Shown one piece after another: positions 47,247 through 58,421 of a DNA stretch of 64,000 nucleotides. How positions within the stretch are numbered: position 1 is the stretch's first letter; each line of letters begins with the position of its first letter. This DNA comes from Eutreptiella sp. 'Long Island Sound 2002'. Lineage: Eukaryota; Protista; Euglenida. The notes below the pieces were generated by a model that saw only the letters and a program-made list of their open reading frames with translations, made no database searches and was not told where the DNA came from. The stretch is taken from positions 185,752,001 through 185,816,000 of the forward strand of contig OZ038378.1 in the NCBI GenBank assembly GCA_964036045.1. Direction: 5' to 3'. The translations under genes were made by a program, and so were the position numbers.

Positions 47247-47975
47247 CAGGGATTCTACCATTTCCGTGATTGGCCGAAAAAACCCTTCTGTGATTTTCCG
47301 TATATTTCCGTGATTTTCTGTGGTGTTTCCGTGGTACAAAAATGTTCCTTATGCATCCGCTTTGCCTCACCTGGACACCCACAAGAGACGAAACAAAGCA
47401 CAAGACATTTGGGGGCGGTCTACTGCCATTTTGCGAACCGTTCTTCAACATCACCATTGCAAAACATGGTGACACAGGCCTCACGCAAGTCCTTGCCCAT
47501 GCGCTGCCTGTTTTTAACATCAACCAGTCCAGCCAGACTAAATGACCGCTCGATTGCCGCGCCTGTGACAGGGTACCACAAATATGGAGCCACGGCCTTG
47601 TGATCCTGGAAATTGCTGCGCCCTAACACGTGCCGACATTTTCGACCCCCGCTGCCAGACCTTCCGTTTCTTTGCAGCAGGAGTGCCATTTTCATCAGAA
47701 GAAGACATGTCACAACTGAAAACACACAAAGAAATACACACTCTAACACTTAGCAAACAGGAACAACAATAGCAAACAATAGGAACTTTCATTTCCGTTT
47801 CCGTGATTTTCTGTGATTTTCCGTGGCGACCAGGAACAACAATAGCAAACAATAGGAACTTCAATTTCCGTTTCCGTGATTTTCCGTGATTTTCCGTGAT
47901 TTCCGTGATTTTCAACGTTGGCCGATTTCCGTGATTTTCCGTGATTTTCCTGCCACGGAAATACCAGAATCCCTG
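47247..47975 (-). mobile_element. Non-autonomous hAT element (internal deletion derivative) retaining the transposase dimerisation domain
   Basis: 22-bp TIRs (CAGGGATTCTaccATTTCCGTG and CAGGGATTCTggtATTTCCGTG), many subterminal TTCCGTGATT repeats, and flanks ctacgtg/ctatgtg. The minus-strand peptide WYPVTGAAIERSFSLAGLVDVKNRQRMGKDLREACVTMFCN fits the hAT C-terminal dimerisation motif. Confidence 0.9.
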
Positions 47976-49068
47976 CTATGTGGGCCGCCGGACCAACCCA
48001 AAGGTTGTTGGGAATGAGGTTCTTTGGGAGTCAGTACAAGGTCAAGAGCCTCAATGGTACAGTACATGGGTGTGTCGCAGCTCCACACGTTCTCCCTCAA
48101 TCTGCCGGACCTTTCCACACTTGTCAATTTCGGAGAATGTCATGATTCTGACTGGAGCTCTGGCTGGCGACTACGACACAGTACAAAACCGGGGAGTGAA
48201 AGGGATGTAGGCACGTCATGGTGGCTTTGACTGCAGGTGGCGGCTGTGGGGGACATTGTCGTATATCCTGGTTGCACTTTACCCTGCGTCCACACTCTCC
48301 TGAATTACTCTTCAGCCTTTCTACGTCTCCGTGTATCGCCGGTTTTATCCTTCCCAGCCATTGGCTGCTGACTATTGAGTCTCTTGTGCTGAGCTGTCTA
48401 GGCAGCATTCACCCCTGAGACCTCACTAGTTCTCCTGCTGAGTCTTTTTTAGTTGCCTGTCTTCGTATGGGGGCCCCATGGCTGGTGCTAAACAGTGCCG
48501 CCCCACATATAGGGGGCAGTTAGCATGGGCCAATGCATACTGATCAACATCAAGTCTAATGGCTTTCTTTGACCCATACTAACACCGGATTTGCGGCCAT
48601 GACGTCTGCGATCTTCTTCCTGTGTTGTCATGCCCTTTGTGTGCCAAGCGGTGCAGACCATCCTTCCCTCTGAAACACGCAAGAAGCCACCGCTGATCCA
48701 CGACGTCTCGCAATGCAGAAAAAGAGACGACCACTGTTGCAACGGTGGCAGGAACGGCCTACCACCAGCAAATATGGCCCACAAGCCGCCACTGGGTCCA
48801 CGAAATCCGGTGTCGGTCACGCAACAATGACCTTGTGGTCTCCGCAATGTAAGGGCTGCAAACCCATGGTGGAGGAGAGTAAAGAGGAGCCATCCTTTAG
48901 GGTGGCCAATCAGGAATGGCAAACCCACATCCAGAGGGTGCAAAAGATTGGGTGGGAACTGGCAATCAATTTGGCAGCTAACACTCCTAAGAAACATACC
49001 ACCCTTGCGGCGGAGGGAATCAAAAGTGCAACCCAAACCACAATCAAAACATTGGTGAAAGACATCAC

Positions 49069-52000
49069 GCCATTGTCCCCTGGTAGAGGCCAACAGGGGC
49101 GGTTCCGGTGCTCCACTGTTGTATCCTTCCTTCTTTCCTGCGCACGTTGTGAGAAGGCCTGTGCCACTTCATGCAACTCCTGTTTGACGCTGACTCCAAC
49201 CCCAACCCTCACTCCCATCTGCATTACTATACCTCTTTTAAATTGGATTGGAAGAGGGTCCGTAAATCAGCAGCCGACAACTCATTGACTTCGACATAAA
49301 TACCGGCCCGCTCCGAATGGGCCCTGCCGACCACAGTGCACTTGATCTGGATGTCCTCCCAAAACATACGAGCCTTCCGCTGGGCAGACACAGGGGCTTC
49401 AGGGGCCGCGGGCTTGCTCGCAGACAGTGACAGCGGCGGCACGGTCACAGGCTCGTCGTCGCTACTGTCTGCGTCGTCAAAAGGGCAGGGCTCCACCAGC
49501 GCCCCCTACAAATGTTAAACAGAGGACGGGAACGGAATCGTCTGAAACCCGCAACGGGCATCGGTCCTGGTTGCTAATGAGGACGCATCTCCTGCGGTGC
49601 CTCCGGGATGCGGTAAGAGTTACCCGCTAGGCACAGGGGTAGGCTGGTGGGTTCTCAAGTGATGCCAAGCGGTTATTGGGTTCAAGGGCCAATGCCCGGC
49701 AGTGCAAACGGTTGGAGGGGACGTGACGACGGCCCGTTGCAGTTGCAGGAATGGACGATCGCTCGCGGGGGTCGGGACGCCGTCGAAAGCAAAGGCCTTT
49801 ACAAAGGGTTCTGAAGTGTGTGCGTAGCCTCCATTTTTGTCACTTTCATTTTCGTTTTCATTTCATTTGTTCGTTCCGAGGACCTCAAGGATGGGGGGGA
49901 GGGGGCTGACATTGTCTCAGGGGACTGCGAACACTCCCACAAACATTGTGGGGCGTGCATTACAAAAGGGCGACCGTTCATTTCACGAAGCTTGCCGATG
50001 TCAGTAGTTGGGATTGTTGGGACACAATGGGGGGGGGGGGGGGACGCAATTTCAGCCGTAAACAAAAAACATCGAACGGATGGAAGAGCCGGGCGAGGAA
50101 GGTGCAGTTCTGTGGGGGGTCACAGTGGAATGTCAATCCCCCTGCGCACCGTTGCAGCCCGACCGCCCCGGGGCACCGAAGGGGGGGAGGGTGCGGGGGT
50201 CCACATGCACATGGCACACCTCCTTGGCATCCCCGCCCCCGGGCTCGTCCCACTTGTGCAGCTCCCGTCTCCACGTCTTCACTGCACCTGCAAAGCGCAG
50301 AAACGCTGCGTCCGGATCGTGACCTTCTGGGGCACTGACCCCAGACGAGAATGGCAGGCGGTCCGGGGGGGCGGGGGGGTTAAGGCGAGTCAGTGGGGAG
50401 CGGGGAAGGTGGTATAGTGGCCTGTTCAGGGGACGTCTCCCCCTCGTTGAACACCAAACGACACCCATGACAGCGTTTACGGAGGGTACACACAAAATCG
50501 TGCATTTGCAGACGCCGCGCGGTGCGTGCACAGACATAGAGCGGAGCACAAACACAATCCTCTACCGACCGGCTTCCGCACTCATTCAGGCACAGGCTTA
50601 GAGAGCTGCATGCACTCCCGTTGGCATTCATGGACAGCCATAAACAAGGGCAGAACCACAACTGTGCATGCACAGTCGACCCCCTTCCATGTTGGCCGAG
50701 ACGCTTGTTGCAGCCTCCTCCCCCCACATCTATGGCTCTTGATTCACGATGGTCCCGGATGAACCAGTCCAACAAGTGCAGAGTCGGGCATATGCCTGCG
50801 GCGTGAAAGTAGAGGCGTGCACAGGACAGGGAGATCAGGAAGGAGGGCCGGTCTCTAATGGAGTATTGTGCACCGTTGCCCTGTCCGCGTGACGACCTGT
50901 GCTAAGGTAGAGGGACTAGGGTGGCACGATCTGGGCCAATAGATGTGCAAAAGGAGTTCAGCATCATAAGATGGCTGGTGTACTTAATGTGGGTCTTGCC
51001 GGGAAAGTACCTCTAATTCGTCACAACGTGAAGCCAGTGTTCTGGGTGCAAAGGTGGTGATAGCGTGCATGCGTACAGGGCGGCAAAGGGAACTTACCTT
51101 GTCTCCCTTTTTTGGTGCCCCTGTGGCAGATTCAGATTCCAGTTTTCATGGTACCGTGATCCAGGGGCACAGTGTTCGGGTGGCACAGTGTGAAACAAGA
51201 ATAGGCTTCAGGGGCGCAATCAGGGTGCGTGTTCCATAAAGGCTGGTTGATTGCCATGGAATGCAGCTGGTGGCCGTCATTCAGTGACCTGTGCTTTGTC
51301 TGACCTGCTTATTGGGAGCAGTCAGTCGCGAGGCCGGGGGGGGGGGGGGGATGTTGTGTTGTGGGCAAGGGTGGAGTATTGGCCCCACTGTTCTCACTTA
51401 CATCCAGACCCCATGCTGTCCGGTCCCCTGCCAGCGCTGACAGGCTTTACAAACAGCCAGAAAGTGAAGTGTGGAGTGCTCTCCACATCCAATGTGGGAA
51501 TCGGTAACAGGGCCAGAGAAAGGGCGGGGGGCATCCGGCAATGTTGGCACCACAACACAATACAACGCAACACCACACCACACAACACAACACAACACAA
51601 CACAACACAACACAACACAACACAACCCAGCACAATGTACCATACCTTACCATGCCATATCACCACACAAAACAACCAACGAAAACACAACGCAACAATA
51701 ATGATTGGAAACCCCTTGGCCGTGTGATAAACTATTCGTATCAATGACGGGAAGCCCCCTCCGGCGCTGCACAGTCCAAGGTTTGGCTTGCGTTGAAGCA
51801 TTACCCAGATAGGACAGCGGAGGGGATCCTGGGGATCCTTTGACCTGCTTCTAAGACAGCTTTGTACACAGGGGGTAGCTCAGTTCAGTTCCAGACCCTC
51901 GGCCCTGCGGCGGGAGCAGGGGGGGCGGTTGGCAGGGGGGGAGGGGGGTTTTTGGCATGTCGCCATGGGGGAGGGGGAGGGGGGGAGGGGGGGGGCATTT

Positions 52001-53222
52001 TTAGAAATCATTCTGAGCATTTGAAGGTACACAAAGGGGCAAAAATCGCGGTCCGTTGGCAATGGGAAGCAGTCTTGTTTTTACCCCCCCCCCCCCCTGC
52101 CAACCCCCATCCCTCTGGCAATGTACCACTGGCACAGAAACAGGGCGATAGCGACGGGGTCGGTGGGGGCGACAACCGTCAAACTGCGTTGTCTACCCAG
52201 AGCAGGAGCAGAGGGATGTTGTAGGCAAACGGCGATATAACACACAACCGACAGTACCAGTTTATCATTAACCAGGAAAGGAAAATTGTAGGCCATTCGA
52301 GATAACACACAAATGGCCTGGCGAGCAGTGTAAGGCATAAGGCCAACATATGAAGTTCCATTGGTTGTAGGCCATTGTTCAAGGAAGTGCAGCAATTCAT
52401 CCAATATGTGCAGAAATAATAGCCCCGCACAACAAGGAGTACAAGTTTCCTTAACAGGCTGGGTAATATGAGGGCCCGTCACCTACTAATATGAGCTCTT
52501 GGGATCATGGTTGGTGGTGAAGGGGGTGGGTTCAAAAAACTACCAGGGGTGGGCAGCCTACTCGGTTACCCCCAACAGCTGGGGGAGGTTCCATTTTACG
52601 AGGTGAGAGTGGGACAGTTGTCCCGCTCCTCACAAGGGCTGCTTCTGCCCCTCGGCGTCCCTGGCATGCCAGCACGCTCCGACCGAAGTGTTTCCCAGGA
52701 CCACAGAGTTTAGGTGCTCACCACCACAAATGACCTGGGAAATGCGACACAGGGCCCGGGGGTTCCGGATCACCAAGGGCCACCCATCAGTGGTGCGCAG
52801 CATGTTCAGGCATTTTGCCAGTTCATGTTGGGGGTTCACCGCCCGTGCAGTGTGCAGTGGGCGTTGCTCCAACCAAAACCGTGCTGTGGGACCTGGGCAG
52901 GAAGAGGGGGGGGGGGGTCCAGCCCTACACATGGCCCCTCCCGTGGCTTGAGAAGAGGCCCTGCACCAAAATACGACTCACTCACTACGCTCAATGTCTG
53001 CGGTCAGGCACACCATCGAACGACCGCTTACTCGGCCACTTCACCGTGTGATCTGGTGTCCGGGGGTGCGCTCTCGTTCGCTTGTCCTTCGGCACCAGTT
53101 CTCTGTACCGCGCATAGCCCACGGTGTTCTTGCCGTACCCGATCTGTTTGCCCCTCTGGCTCACCTTGTGCTGGTCAGGCTCTGGCTCCCCATTCACGTG
53201 CCAGTCCGCATCCTTCCACCAG
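49069..53222 (-). CDS. SLBP: Histone stem-loop-binding protein (SLBP)-like RNA-binding domain gene; internal exons only, N-terminus unresolved
   Basis: Exon 53222-53014 (WWKDADWHVNGEPEPDQHKVSQRGKQIGYGKNTVGYARYRELVPKDKRTRAHPRTPDHTVKWPSKRSFD) joins in phase 1 to exon 50287-50220 (GAVKTWRRELHKWDEPGGGDAKE). This matches the SLBP consensus RxKQIxYGKNTxxYxxY..VPK..R...HPxTP...S.R.FD..(V/I)K.WR..LH.WD. In-phase exons 49505-49233 and 49179-49069 follow, with lower confidence. Confidence 0.9.
50415..50745. mobile_element. Family C repeat, copy 2
   Basis: Colinear, same-orientation homologue of 46430-46745. Confidence 0.85.
51548..51632. repeat. Short (CAACA)n array in the SLBP intron
   Basis: cacaacacaatacaacgcaacaccacaccacacaacacaacac... 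has the same unit and orientation as 21590-22985. Confidence 0.9.
51875..52110. mobile_element. Family A repeat, copy 5
   Basis: ctcagttcagttccagacc...ggggcattttt...cattctgagcatttgaaggtacacaaa. Confidence 0.6.
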
Positions 53223-53514
53223 CTGCACCCAAATACAATCAAAAATGTACAGAAAGGGGCTGCAGTGGGTGGTACAAAGGGCACCGGAACAGGGCGGCAC
53301 AGTAGCACTGAATGGCACAAAGTGGCACTGTTTGGCATAAGAGGATACCGGGGGCGGGGGGGGGGGGGGGGAAGCCCATTTTCCGCTACGCCAGGGTGGC
53401 ACAGCACCGAGGCAAGGAGGCGCTAGTTTTGGTGATGGGTGCTGCCACTTGGGAGGAGCGACAGGAAGATCATGGTGTGGTCCATCAGTATAGGGCCACT
53501 CAACAGCGTCAAAG

Positions 53515-53840
53515 CAGTAACCCCCCCCCCTGTTGTCCAAGCAACGGTAAATGACCAGAGATTGATGGAACCAACACCTACTGTTGCTTGGACAAGGGTG
53601 TTGCTTACGCGAAAACCTGTGCATGGTACATGCAGAAAGACATGGTATACTTCACTGAAAACCAAGGGGCAAAACACGCTACCAAGGCCATCATGCCCAA
53701 ATCAGCTTCCTTGACACAAAATATGAACATCATGCATCTCGCATCTCAAAACCAAGGTATCAGACAGCACACGTAGCACACAGTGGGGCCAATTGAAAAG
53801 GGCACCGCCAAAATCAACGGTGCGAAAATTGACTGAACCA
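53515..53840. mobile_element. Family D-related repeat end
   Basis: Poly-C-tgttgtccaagcaacgg and tgttgcttggacaag resemble the family D terminal motif cttgtc(c/t)aagctacg. Confidence 0.45.
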
Positions 53841-54176
53841 ACACCTGATGTTGCTTGAACACAGGTGTTTCCTTTTTTTATTTTGGCCACAGATCGACAA
53901 TGGTCGTCACCCTCCGGAATCACTCTGGATTCTCTGCGGTCTGGCGCGTATCCGAATTCCCAACAGCACGACACGCACCATCGCGGCGCAGCCACGACAT
54001 CGGCATTGGTTCAAGTGTTCAGCAAGGCGCCGTTATGCGCCGTCACAGATTGCACGGGTCACTGGTCAGGTTGAGACACCCTGCCCTCTGCCGTGTGCCG
54101 CTTATAATCCTAATATCACTGACATCCGTGCTAAACTCGTCATTATCAGTGAAAAATGACCGCTCCCAGGCGAGTG

Positions 54177-54830
54177 TTACGCACGTCTGTGCCGGCCGTG
54201 CTTCGCCAACCCATCTGCTGCTTCATTTCCCTCTACATTGAGACGTGACGGCACCCATCGAAGCTGCAGCAGATCTCCTGCTTCTTCACGCAGCCACATA
54301 ATGTGCCCCCACAGGTCCCTGTGTCCCACCTCCCCTGATGATGTTTTCCACCCATGGCGTCTCCACTTGTCCGACCAAAGCGCGATGCCCTTGAACACAT
54401 ACTCAGAATCCAATACCACGATTATTCATTCACCCTGCACCCGACCCAGCATTGCATGCAGCACCTCCTGCAGCCCCCCCCTGCTGATACTCTGTCGTTC
54501 ATACGCCGGCACGTGTGCCGAAAAATTTCTGTGGTGGTGTAGGCCATACTAAACCCCATACCCCGCCTGCATCCACCCCCTCACTCGCTTCGCGGAGCCA
54601 TCGGTGTACACCACCACCCAGCCCAGGTGTTTGTTGGACAGGGGGGGGGGGGGGGGAAGATGACACCACGTTTTGGAACCCTGGGAGAGCGCCCAGTTTT
54701 CTCCCCCAAACCCCTCAAACCAAACCCTTCCCCCTCTGATAAACGATGTCGGGCTGTCAGGTGGCGGCGCATGTCCCCAGTTCTGCGGCCTTCTTGGTCT
54801 TGCAAGCCCTTGAGGTGCTGTCATCAGGTC
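54177..54830 (-). mobile_element. Retroelement fragment: C2H2-like finger plus a complete but stop-containing RNase H1-type domain
   Basis: VVVYTDGSAKRVRGWMQAGYGV...ERQSISRGGL...VLDSEYVFKGIALWSDKWRRHGWKTSSGEVGHRDLW...WVPSRLNVEGNEAADGLA. Upstream lies DMRRHLTARH. Confidence 0.85.
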
Positions 54831-56689
54831 GGGCAGCAAATAAGAATTCCCTGCAGAAACCGTCCATTGCATCACTTTCCATGAACACAGATACTGGAAA
54901 AACATGTGATGTAAGCGTGCCGTGTTTCCTGTGCCCAAAGCCTGGAACGTGGTGGCACTATAAGAGGGAGGAGGGTCCAGGATTTGTCAGCCAAACATCC
55001 AAGCTGCGACACCCCCCCCCAGCCCCCCCACTCAATTCCTTGAAAGCGATGCCTGATGCAAAACCCTGCAAAAATATTGGAAAAAAAAACAAATCGGGCA
55101 ACAGACACCCTGTATTTTCACTGTTGTCTTCCCTCTCCACACTTTCCCAAACTCCCTAACGTCCAACGCAATGGAATATGGTGTGATGCAGCACACAATG
55201 ATGTGACTTCCGTTGTTGAGCTCGGTGGTCCTTGAGGGTGTTGTTGCACCGTGCGCGCACCGTGACAAGAGCCCCTCCTTGGCTGCAGCCCCCGCCAGGC
55301 CTGTAAGCTCACCGCCAGTGCACTCACTGACGCACCAGGGGGAACCAGGGAAAACGGGGGTAAACGGGGAAATGCAGTATCGTGTGCAGAGAACAAAAAA
55401 GTGATGGGGAAAATCGGGGGGGAATGGGGGCTGGGGTGACAGGAAAATGGGTGACAATTCTCGAATTCCCCTCATTTGTTCGCGTCCCAGTTTTCCCGTG
55501 CTTCCCAAGAAAAGCGTCCTCCCCATTGTCGCCTTATTCAACAACTGCTCACGACCACTTCACCGACGGAAAAACGGGAAAAATGTGAACTCACCGCTAC
55601 TCACCGACAAGGCGGCGAGCTGACGTCCCTGCCACTCTTGTATGCCGCCTCTCATTCGCCCACCTCCTGCCTCATTCCTCCTCCATCCCACTCCTCCCCT
55701 CCGCCAGCCCCGCAGCCCGGTCAACATGCCGGTCGCCCCCGTGTTTCCCCGGCCCGCCCCTTGTCTTCCGCCCCAACAGTCCTCTGTCTCACCGCAGTGG
55801 ACCAGGGGCATACAGGAGCAAGGGTGGCACTGGAGATGGTACCGGCACTACCCTTGGGGGCACTGCATGACACAAGGCACATTGAGTGGCAAGACGCAAT
55901 CATGATTCCACTGCAACAGTTTGAATGTCATTGAGATGCTGAGTGGCAAGGGGTGGGGTGGGGTGAGGCGGGGCGGATGGGGGGAGGATGTCCTGGGGTG
56001 GGCACTGGGGGCCGGGCAGGGCGTGGGGCAGGGCGTGGCACTTCGGTACAGAAGGCATGCCTATCATCCTCATCCTTTGCCTTGGGTTTGGCCCTCTTCA
56101 CCGTATGGCCCGAGGGCTCGTCGGGCATTTCGTCGCGCTGGGGTCGCTTCTGCGTCTTCGAAGCCCATTGACTGGGCTGGCGCCTGAACGTTGTGTCGTG
56201 GAGCGGTGGTGGTGCTGCTAGCGGCAACGGCGACGGCAACGGCACTGGCAACAAAGGCAACAACAACGTTCACGGACGATTGAACATCAGGCAGGGAGGG
56301 AATGCGAGTGGGTCAGCAGGCATGGGTCTGCTCGTGCAGCAAACCGATTGTTGTTGCCGCGGCTGTACTTAGAGGGCGGCCTTGTGCTCTCATCGTCCTG
56401 GGCACGCTTCCGCACATTGTGGGGACCCTGCTCCGTGACTTGCAGCGTTGACTCCGATAAGATGTAAGGGGGGTAGAAGGGCTGATCGTTGTGGGACTGC
56501 CAGTCCTCGTCGTCGTCAGCCCAGCCTGAGTGCACAGCCATCCCCAGAACCCATGCGACCGTGGGGCTTGGATTGGGCTAGGGCTGGGGCCATGAAGCGA
56601 CGGATACTCAGCTACCGAATGCCCCTGTGTCACAGGCAACCGATCACAGCCCATGAATGTCCTCATGAATGTCCTGCTGCACGGCAGCA

Positions 56690-57800
56690 CTTCCAGACCA
56701 GTACTGAATGTTGCCTTGAATTCGCTTGCTAGCTATCGAATGTTTCGTAGCCTGGCTTGGGTTAACTCATCCCCCTCCCTGGGAACCTGGTCATCAGCAG
56801 CTTACACCGCGGCTCCACAAAACTGGCAGCGCTACTGCCACTGCTGTCACTGTCACTACTGTCTGTTGATTGCACAGACTCTTCATCTGTCGACTGCACA
56901 GAGCACTGTGACCCCCCGCTCATGTCGTCATCACTGGGGTCATCCATTTCCTGCAACCCCAGGTTGGTGTCCGAATATCCCGCATCTCACGGCCAGTAAT
57001 CACTGCAGCAGACGCTTGCGCTGAGCCTCTTACCGCCCCCTCATCCACCCGTTCATTGCCCTCATCCGCCCGTTCATTGGCCTGCACCCCAACATGGGAC
57101 GGCACCCGTTGCACTGTAACGCTATCGCCATACAGCTGCCACTGGACCCAGAGCTTAGCCCAGGGCTAGGGATGGGAGGGGGGGTGAGAAGTTGGGGCTG
57201 GGGTGTGCGGCTTCCACTAGGAATTAAAGTGGGCTTGGCAATGGGCTGAGACTGGGACTGGAGCTTAGCTGGGGCTGGATCTGTGAGTTGGACTGGGATT
57301 GAGGCTGAGGGTGGTGCTTCCCTGCCCCACATGCTGCACAGAAATGTTGTGTTGTGCTATTGCGGAAAAGGTCCCTCTGCACGTCACACAGCCCAGAAAT
57401 AAGAGACCACTAAAAACCGGGAATGGTCACGAAAAACCGGGAATGGTCACGGGCTGCAACCCGGGGGATGTTCCATGAGGGCGTGTTGGGGACATATTCC
57501 ACCGTGTCAGGTGCTCGTTTTGCTGCTCGAGGTCGGCGTGTCTGTTGGGGAGTTGGGGGGCAAAAAGTGCAGCCTCTCTGGGTCACAGGGGATGTGGATC
57601 CCACTGCTCGGCATTGCGGCATCAGTGCCCTCATAGTCCACTCCTTTGCCATCCCCCATGCGCCCCAGTAGTTTCACGGCGCGGTGACGTGGTACTTGTG
57701 GAACGGTGATGAACGGGTGCCCTCCCCCATGAGTACGCAAAGGGGCATCAAATTGCCCAGTTGTGCTGATGATTGTGTCGTGCGCACACCACGTCAAGTG
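56690..57800 (-). mobile_element. RNase H family fragments (C-terminal ends)
   Basis: VPSHVGVQANERADEGNERVDEG (internally duplicated NE.AD) is followed by an acidic Ser-rich tail. A second frameshifted VP.H..LG fragment lies at ~57600-57800. Confidence 0.6.
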
Positions 57801-58421
57801 CTCCCCCGAAGGGAAGAGAGAGGCGGGAAAGGTGTTGATTGTGTACTTGGTTCACGTCCTCTGATGAAATTTGTCACCCGTTCAGCATACATCCCTTGGG
57901 CAACCACATCATTATGGTCGGGGAGGGGGTGTTCTGGGTGGTAAGGGAAAGGAAAGGGGGGGGGGGTGCCTAGCGGGACGGAAGGGGATTGGGCCATGCA
58001 GAATTCATCGGGGGTGGGGGGAGGGGGTTGCGGCAAGGGCTGGGAACAGGTGTCTCGCGGCTGGGGCCGAATTGTTTTGCCCTTGCGCCATCCGTCGTTT
58101 TCATCACAAACCCAGGACAACCCACCGACTCCCCAGGACAATCCGTGGTCGGGCAGTCTGGACACTTGGGTACTTCCTCCATTCCCCACTGCAGGCACTT
58201 CGTCCCGCGGCGGTTTCTGCACCATCCGTGCCCTTACTGCACTGCCTGGACCCTGGCTGGGCCGCCGTGTCGTGGCACAGCGTGGACTCTGAACATACCC
58301 CCCCCCTCCCCCCTCAAGGCACACTGAGGGCCAGTACCCCCCCCCCCCCCCAGTAGCAGTGCGAGACCACCAAAAAAACAACGGAACGCCTGCAAATTCT
58401 CCAGCTGGTGTGGCGTTGTAG

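Noticed and set aside
48600-48720. BRCT-like VVDQRWLLAC peptide
   Set aside because: Preceded by an in-frame stop, with no supported splice path; likely chance.
49630-49800. Apparent exon EPFVKAFAFDG...
   Set aside because: Its splice phases do not fit the neighbouring SLBP exons, and it overlaps a family F-like repeat (gcggtt...).
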